A program made the position numbers and the translations under genes. Shown here piece by piece: positions 58,901 through 64,000 of a stretch of 64,000 nucleotides of DNA; positions within the stretch are counted from its first letter, which is position 1, and each line of letters starts with the position of its first letter. The stretch is from Candidatus Latescibacterota bacterium (lineage in GTDB: Bacteria > Latescibacterota > UBA2968 > UBA8231): contig CBDETK010000013.1 of the NCBI GenBank assembly GCA_965242865.1, positions 4,992,001 to 5,056,000 on the forward strand. Direction: 5' to 3'. The notes beneath the pieces are model-generated. The model made no database searches. It was not told where the DNA came from and saw only the letters and a program-made list of their open reading frames with translations.

Positions 58901-61806
58901 TTCGGCGCGACAAACGAGGGCGTGGCGGTGGTCGGCCCTGTCAGGGAAACATTCGGCGACCCGCCGGTCTGCGCCCAAGAGTAGCTCAACGCCTCGTTTT
59001 CCGGATCGGTGCTGTCGCTGCCGGACAGCGTCACCGTGTCGCCCTCATCCACCGTCTGATCCGACCCCGCGTTGGCGGTGGGCGCGTCGTTATCGGCATT
59101 GATCGTGATGTCCACCGTGTCCGTGTCGGAGGCTCCGCCAGCGGTCACGGTCAGCGTGAACGTCAGGGTCGTATTCCCCGTTAGGTTCGGCGCGACAAAC
59201 GAGGGCGTGGCGGTGGTCTGCCCCGTCAGGGTCACATTCGGCGACCCGCCGGTCTGCGCCCACGAATAGCTCAACGCCTCGTTCTCTGGATCGGTGCTGT
59301 CGCTGCCGGACAGCGTCACCGTATCGCCCTCATTCTTCGTCTGATCGGACCCCGCGTTGGCGGTGGGCGCGTCGTTATCGGCATTGATGGTGATGTCCAC
59401 CGTGTCCGTGTCGGAGGCTCCGCCGGCGGTCACCGTCAGCGTGAACGTCAGGGTCGTATTCCCCGTCAGGTTCGGCGCGACAAACGAGGGCGTGGCGGTG
59501 GTCGGCCCCGTCAGGGAAACATTCGGCGACCCGCCTGTCTGAGCCCAAGAATAGCTCACCGTATCGCCCTCCGGGTCCGTGCCGCTGCCGGAGAGCGTCA
59601 CCGTATCGCCCTCATTCACCGTCCGATCCGACCCCGCGGCGGCCGTGGGCGCGTCGTCTATCGAACGTGTGCCATTGACTTTCACCTCACCCAGAACGAG
59701 AGTAGAGCTCGTCGTTAACTGCACCCGTACATAACGGCCCGTGCGATTGACATTGCTGATCGTCGTCGGAGAACCCGCTTGGGCGGTCTGGTGATAGTCC
59801 CTAACCCCCGACTGAGCCTGACTCGCCGCTACGGTAGTACCAGTAAAAGGCACATCCGAGATAAACACATGATAGTCCGTGAGATAACTCCGAGTCGTCA
59901 CTGGGCCAGAGTTGTAAATCTGGATATTATCGATATAGCAGACCTGACCCAAATCCACTTCCCACCAGCTTTCACTACCCCACACCGTGCGAGAAGAAGT
60001 ATTTGTGGCATTGTCCACCGCCGACTTCGCAACCCGGCGATAGAGCGTACCCGACTGATAGGCGACCTTGCCCTGTGCCAAGTTTTGAATCGTGCCATTA
60101 TCCACTTGGAAACGTTGCGTCACTTCATCGGCATAGTACGTAGCATCGCCGCTATTCTTGGCCTTGATCACCACTTCCCCAGTTCCAGCGCCTACCGTCA
60201 CCCTATTGCCCGATACGGTGGCCGGACCCGATACCACTTCGTAGCTGACGGTCAAACCGGACGCATCCGTGGTGGCATTCAGGTCGAAGACCTCATTGGA
60301 AGATTTCCCGAATATCGCCGGAAAGGTAATGCGCTGCACGGTCTTGCCACTGTTGATCCGACTCAGCAGGTCATAGCGAGTGGTCAGGGACCAGTTCGAG
60401 CCGCCATTGGTGGTCGCGATCAGCGGGGTCGGATACTCTACGAACCACTGGATGGGGTCGATATCCTGGTTCGAGCCTTGGTCTAGCCCCGTCAGATAGA
60501 TATTGCGATGCCCGGATTGGCGGTCCATAACCAAATGCTGATGCGGCACCGGATGGACGAGCCGCGCCTCCACATCCGGGGCCAGCAATACCCGCTGGTT
60601 TTCCCAAGTCGTCGCCCCTTTGGGACGCCGTGAATAGGTCGCACCCCTATAGACGCCGCCTTCAACCCCCAAAGGCTGACTAAAGGCCCTGTAGCTCGTG
60701 TGCAGGGTATCGCCGTCATCAATTACCAGATCAACATAGGTCGTCGACTCATTGACATTAGGCACTTTGGAACTCTGGTCGGCTAAGGTTGAGGTAGTAT
60801 TGGGACTGGTCGCCTTGTAGTAAGGAAAGGTCTCCCCGTGGGTGCCCAGAATAACATGCACAGTATCCGTTGAAGTAATACCGATGACCGGCATAGAGTG
60901 GTTATCAGCAGTAGTTCCGAATCCGTGGGTGTCTGAGAGATGGGCATGATGGTCAATGGTTTTCGTTGCCCGGTCTATCGTCGCCACCCAGACGTGCGAA
61001 CTGTTGGCGTCGTTACCGCTTTTGTTTTTCTCCGACAAATAGGCAACATGTATCTTGCCGTTCTTGCTGACCACCGGCGGCATTCCACCGGAATGCGCCC
61101 AATGCGGCTCCGCATGGGCCGATGCCAGATCGAGAGAATCACTCAAGCTCAGGGTGCCATTGCTGTTTTTGCTGGGTATGTACAGGCGCAGTTTGGCCCG
61201 TTGTGCGTCGCTGATCCACGGCCATGACACTATCACGGGAGTCACTGTAGAGTCGCCATGACTCATGTTTTTTTCGATCAGCGCAACGTTGGGAAGATTT
61301 ATAGACTGAAAACTTGGGGAAGCGGCGGTAATATCGGGCGAATACAGCAAGCGCCAACCGCCGCTCCAACCGACGCTGCTTAGGGTAATCAGATAGAGCG
61401 CATTGTCGGCATCAATATAGATAACGGTATGACGCCGTGAGGTGACAGTGTCGTGAACCGTAAAGGACGGATTGAAGTGCGAACTATAATCGATATCGTG
61501 CCATAGCCCGTTGCGCAGCGTCCTGATATTGCCGGCCAATGAGCCTGTTCTGTCGTTCGTAAAATAGGGGCGGTTACTGGTATCGAAGGCAATGGAAAAC
61601 CCCATGGGCGTATCTAGACTGTCCACCTGGGTCGGTTGTTGCGAGTGGGGCGGATAGGTGTACGCCGGAAACTGAGCATGAATTGGGCACACACTTAGCA
61701 GGAACAGGCCCAATAAGATCAGCCCCAATAGATGCGCTCTAGATCGGCTCCGAGGGATGGCCGTTTTGTCCGAGCACTTACTCTGTATCCATCTTAGATA
61801 GATCAT
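55834..61806 (-). CDS. Giant surface protein, N-terminal part (signal peptide, BNR_4-like propeller, F5/8C/fucolectin-like domain, 12 PKD-like repeats)
   Basis: LLGLILLGLFLLSVCPIHA signal; DNHSMPVIGITSTDTVHVILGTHG; NLAQGK.AYQS...WWEVDLG...GRYVRVQL; APTANAGSDQTV.EGDTVTLSGS.S.DPE repeats. Confidence 0.85.
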   Translation of the reverse strand: MIYLRWIQSKCSDKTAIPRSRSRAHLLGLILLGLFLLSVCPIHAQFPAYTYPPHSQQPTQVDSLDTPMGFSIAFDTSNRPYFTNDRTGSLAGNIRTLRNGLWHDIDYSSHFNPSFTVHDTVTSRRHTVIYIDADNALYLITLSSVGWSGGWRLLYSPDITAASPSFQSINLPNVALIEKNMSHGDSTVTPVIVSWPWISDAQRAKLRLYIPSKNSNGTLSLSDSLDLASAHAEPHWAHSGGMPPVVSKNGKIHVAYLSEKNKSGNDANSSHVWVATIDRATKTIDHHAHLSDTHGFGTTADNHSMPVIGITSTDTVHVILGTHGETFPYYKATSPNTTSTLADQSSKVPNVNESTTYVDLVIDDGDTLHTSYRAFSQPLGVEGGVYRGATYSRRPKGATTWENQRVLLAPDVEARLVHPVPHQHLVMDRQSGHRNIYLTGLDQGSNQDIDPIQWFVEYPTPLIATTNGGSNWSLTTRYDLLSRINSGKTVQRITFPAIFGKSSNEVFDLNATTDASGLTVSYEVVSGPATVSGNRVTVGAGTGEVVIKAKNSGDATYYADEVTQRFQVDNGTIQNLAQGKVAYQSGTLYRRVAKSAVDNATNTSSRTVWGSESWWEVDLGQVCYIDNIQIYNSGPVTTRSYLTDYHVFISDVPFTGTTVAASQAQSGVRDYHQTAQAGSPTTISNVNRTGRYVRVQLTTSSTLVLGEVKVNGTRSIDDAPTAAAGSDRTVNEGDTVTLSGSGTDPEGDTVSYSWAQTGGSPNVSLTGPTTATPSFVAPNLTGNTTLTFTLTVTAGGASDTDTVDITINADNDAPTANAGSDQTKNEGDTVTLSGSDSTDPENEALSYSWAQTGGSPNVTLTGQTTATPSFVAPNLTGNTTLTFTLTVTAGGASDTDTVDITINADNDAPTANAGSDQTVDEGDTVTLSGSDSTDPENEALSYSWAQTGGSPNVSLTGPTTATPSFVAPNLTGNTTLTFTLTVTAGGASDTDTVDITVNADNDAPTANAGSDQTKNEGDTVTLSGSDSTDPENEALSYSWAQTGGSPNVSLTGATTATPSFVAPNLTTDVTLTFTLTVTAGGASDTDTVDITINADNDAPTAAAGSDQTVDEGDTVTLSGSDSTDPENEALSYSWAQTGGSPNVSLTGPTTATPSFVAPNLTADVTLTFTLTVTAGGASDTDTVDITVNADNDAPTANAGSDQTVDEGDTVTLSGSDSTDPENEALSYSWAQTGGSPNVTLTGPTTATPSFVAPDLTADVTLTFTLTVTAGGASDTDTVDITIRANNDAPTADADDDQTVDEGDTVTLSGSDSTDPENEALSYSWAQTGGSPNVSLTGATTATPSFVAPNLTADVTLTFTLTVTAGGASDTDTVDITINADNDAPTAAAGSDQTVDEGDTVTLSGSDSTDPENETLSYSWAQTGGSPNVSLTGATTATPSFVAPNLTGNTTLTFTLTVTAGGASDTDTVDITINADNDAPTANAGSDQTKNEGDTVTLSGSDSTDPENEALSYSWAQTGGSPNVSLTGPTTATPSFVAPNLTGNTTLTFTLTVTAGGASDTDTVDITVNADNDAPTANAGSDQTKNEGDTVTLSGSDSTDPENETLSYSWAQTGGSPNVSLTGATTATPSFVAPNLTADVTLTFTLTVTAGGASNTDTVDITIRANNDAPTADADDDQTVDEGDTVTLSGSDSTDPENEALSYSWAQTGGSPNVSLTGPTTATPSFVAPNLTGNTTLTFTLTVTAGGASDTDTVDITINADNDAPTANAGSDQTKNEGDTVTLSGSGTDPEQQPLTYSWSQTAGNPTVDLTGENTETASFTAPNVAENTTTTLTFELTVSDGSLTGSDAVTVTIEDVDTTPAAFTFTAETGVEPGATVTSNAITVSGLNTAATISVTGGTLVVDGSDFTGTTITNGKTVAVKVAASSAFSTATTATVTIGTASANFSVTTRPQTPRRLRLVSRRKPGWNWGRPSPAMPSPSAASKRLRPFR
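56525..59660 (-). repeat. 11 near-identical 285-bp tandem repeats (95-aa PKD-like units)
   Basis: The periodicity is visible in the DNA and in shadow ORFs recurring every 285 nt. Confidence 0.92.
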
Positions 61807-61972
61807 CCGGCTCTGGCCTCAAACGTTTTTCTTGGGGCAGACTCCCACTTGCAGAAGCAGACCCAAAGCCATATTCAAGTTTCTGAAAATAATACTGTAG
61901 ATAGTTCGGCTGATTAGCAGAATCCAAGAGCCGTTGCGCTTCTTGGAGTCCTTCATCGTCATTAAACATGAT

Positions 61973-62335
61973 CTAGGCCCCTCTGGTTGAGATGATCTGG
62001 ATAATAATGTTTAGGAACCTCTGATTAAGTCTTTGTTGTCTGTCTTGCTCTTCAATACTATAATTGTCTGTATCCAACTTGGTATCATTGTCTTTCGATA
62101 ATTCAACACGTAAATCCTTCGTTAAATCACTGATAGATGCAGGACCAAAATGCCCTACCCCCGCCGTCATAGCCACAATCGGTAATTCTCTATGGAGATT
62201 GAAAACCTTTATCCCGTGTTCCCAAATGTTTGAGACTGTGGACTGACCATTTTCGGAACGTGCGAAAAGTGTAGAAGCACTATCCGCTGCAAAAACAATG
62301 CAGTCATGGACCTTAATAGCAACACAAACTGTCAT
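61973..62335 (-). pseudogene. Truncated Ntn-hydrolase (proteasome-beta-like) protease
   Basis: Met-Thr N-terminus MTVCVAIKVHDCIVFAADS, KVFNL, AMTAG. Only about 95 aa of the fold remain before unrelated sequence. Confidence 0.6.
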
Positions 62336-62426
62336 GGCTTGGTCAACTTTTTCAAAAGTGGTCTCCTTCGCTGATTGAGCAAACGCCCAACATCCAAGGA
62401 CGGTTCAGCCATCCTTCAATCCTTCA

Positions 62427-62561
62427 GAAGCGTTCTTAAAACTCATGTTGCTTTTGGCCTAGTCTTGCATGACGACTCGTACGGTCATTCCCGCGCAAGC
62501 GGGAATCCAGCAAAGGACCAAGCCGAATCAGAGACCGAAACCCTAGTTTTAAGAACGCTTC
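62427..62561. mobile_element. MITE (135 bp), IS5-family-like ends
   Basis: Perfect 17-bp terminal inverted repeats GAAGCGTTCTTAAAACT / AGTTTTAAGAACGCTTC, TCA on both flanks, internal REP-like palindrome. Confidence 0.7.
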
Positions 62562-62794
62562 TCAAGAACTAATCAACTACCGTCAGTTGCTGATCCGTGC
62601 CCCAAACTCCTTGCGTGTGTTCACTAAGAGGGGACTGACCATCGCCAGCCCCCTTCGGAAGCCGGTTTTTACCAACTCCAAGTTATTATACGATATACGA
62701 TACGCCCCCAAAAGCCCTTATTCAAGGATTTATTTAGCAAATTAGGAACACGACCCCTGCGTTACGTCCGCCTTTTCTGCGGTTCCCGCTGCGT

Positions 62795-62847
62795 CCGGGA
62801 TCGCGGGCGTTCCGCCCTCGACGAGGGCAAGATGCCCGCGATCCCGG
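62795..62847. repeat. REP-like long inverted repeat
   Basis: CCGGGATCGCGGGC...GCCCTCG-A-CGAGGGC...GCCCGCGATCCCGG. Confidence 0.65.
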
Positions 62848-62931
62848 CAAATAAAGCCAAGAATTACATGCAGTTAGTCGTATTGGCAAAAAACTTGACA
62901 CTCGCCTAGCCGTTGATTAAATCAAACAGCC

Positions 62932-64000
62932 ATGTTTATCGCCCCTATCCGCTCCCTGTGGTGCGCCCTCGCCCTCTTGGCCCTGTTTGGCTGTGCGCCC
63001 GACGACCCGGTCGTGGCCCAAGTCGGCGACGTGGCCCTCACCCAAGCCGAGTACCAGCGCTTTGTCGAGCGCTTGCCGCCCAGCTTGCAGAGCGAGGACC
63101 CACGCGACCACCTCCAGTCCCTCGTCGATCAGGAGTTGCTGCTGCAAGAGGCCCGCGCTCGGGGGATTGAGCAAAGCGACGCAGTGCGCTACTCGCTAAA
63201 CGCCCTCGCCCGCAAGCGGCTCTCCCAGCGCTACCAAGCCGAAGTGCTCGCGCCCCAAGTGGAGGTGACGCCCGCGGAAGTAGAGCGCACCTTCGTCGAG
63301 CTGGGCTTTGACCGCGAGCGGCTCTTGGCGCGGATTCTGGTGCGGCAGCAACAAGAGGTGGACCGCGTATTGCAGGCACTGCACGAGGGCGAGCCATTCG
63401 CCGCGCTCGCCCAGCGCTTTGCGGCCAACGACCTTTTCGCCCCCCAGGGCGACGGAGTCGTCGGTTGGATTGGGCGCACCCAAGCCCAGCGGTTTGCCAT
63501 TCCGCCGCAGACCTTCCTCTCCCTGCCGGTCGGGCAAATTGCCGCGCCGCTGCCGCTGGCGGGTGGCTGGCAAATCTATCGCTTTGTCGAAGACCGAGTG
63601 GCCGACAAGGCCGAATACAAGGAAGAAGCCGCCCGCGCAACGCACCGCGAAAAGTGGTCGAGTCGCCAGCAAATCGAAGTGGAAGCGCTGAGCCGCTCCT
63701 TGGGCTTGCGGTTGGACCGCACGGGCCTGTACGCCTTGCTGGCCCAGCCGCCGCCGGCCGATTCGCTGGCCGCGCTTTTCCTCTACCGCTTTGACGGCGG
63801 GGCGATTTCCTTGGGCGCATACCTCCACGACCTGCGTGAGCTCGGGTTTCAGGCCGCGTTGCAAGACAGCGCGCAGGTGGTCTCGTTGGCCCGCACCGCG
63901 CTCTTGCCGGCCTATCTGATGGCCGCGGCAGCCCAGCGGCGCGGTTGGGATCGAGAGGCCGAATTTGTCGAGTGGCGCGAGCGCAAGCGCAAGACCTTGG
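62932..64000 (+). CDS. Peptidyl-prolyl isomerase (PpiC/SurA-like) lipoprotein, 3' partial
   Basis: Missing from the ORF track because it runs off the window. MFIAPIRSLWCALALLALFGC lipobox, VVAQVGDVALT, LVDQELLLQEARARG, GEPFAALAQRF, DGVVGWIG; TTGACA at 62895. Confidence 0.8.
   Translation, partial: MFIAPIRSLWCALALLALFGCAPDDPVVAQVGDVALTQAEYQRFVERLPPSLQSEDPRDHLQSLVDQELLLQEARARGIEQSDAVRYSLNALARKRLSQRYQAEVLAPQVEVTPAEVERTFVELGFDRERLLARILVRQQQEVDRVLQALHEGEPFAALAQRFAANDLFAPQGDGVVGWIGRTQAQRFAIPPQTFLSLPVGQIAAPLPLAGGWQIYRFVEDRVADKAEYKEEAARATHREKWSSRQQIEVEALSRSLGLRLDRTGLYALLAQPPPADSLAALFLYRFDGGAISLGAYLHDLRELGFQAALQDSAQVVSLARTALLPAYLMAAAAQRRGWDREAEFVEWRERKRKTL

Noticed and set aside
56480-59542. Regularly spaced 65-86 aa ORFs, superficially like an array or CRISPR
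   Set aside because: They are alternate-frame echoes of the 285-bp coding repeat, with no unique spacers and no cas genes.

Overview
High-GC diderm bacterial chromosome segment. The gene content (many Gfo/Idh/MocA oxidoreductases, PhyH dioxygenase, DUF6785-type transporter, LRR/YWTD lipoprotein, giant PKD/Ig-repeat protein, TonB receptors) resembles uncultured FCB-group marine or sponge-associated bacteria such as Latescibacterota; this assignment is inference only. The housekeeping backbone comprises thyA, five tRNAs, a heptose adenylyltransferase, cpoB/ybgF, bamD, nadD, thrC, an RsmB/F methylase, an ABC-2 exporter, a DUF2089/DUF4097 envelope-stress operon and a TPP-riboswitch-controlled TonB receptor-thiN operon. 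It is interrupted by lower-GC accessory patches: (i) 14.7-18.6 kb, a defence-island remnant with a MORC/MutL-type ATPase-histidine kinase fusion, a receiver-like gene truncated by an apparent deletion joining it to a tail resembling a PAPS-reductase/SspD C-terminus, and an SBD-HNH phosphorothioate-dependent nuclease; (ii) 30-34.3 kb, a frameshifted sacsin-like ATPase-DUF3883 gene; (iii) two mazEF pairs and an orphan higA; (iv) 52-61.8 kb, a ~3,250-aa split adhesin with a BNR_4 propeller, a lectin-like domain and 11 near-identical 285-bp repeats; (v) 62-62.9 kb, an Ntn-protease remnant and a MITE. Best second-look candidates are the kinase/PT-nuclease island, a ~220-nt rod-like intergenic RNA candidate at 23.18-23.40 kb, a poly-C leader ORF upstream of the LRR-YWTD gene, and the giant adhesin. 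All family calls come from motif recognition by eye; no searches were run.
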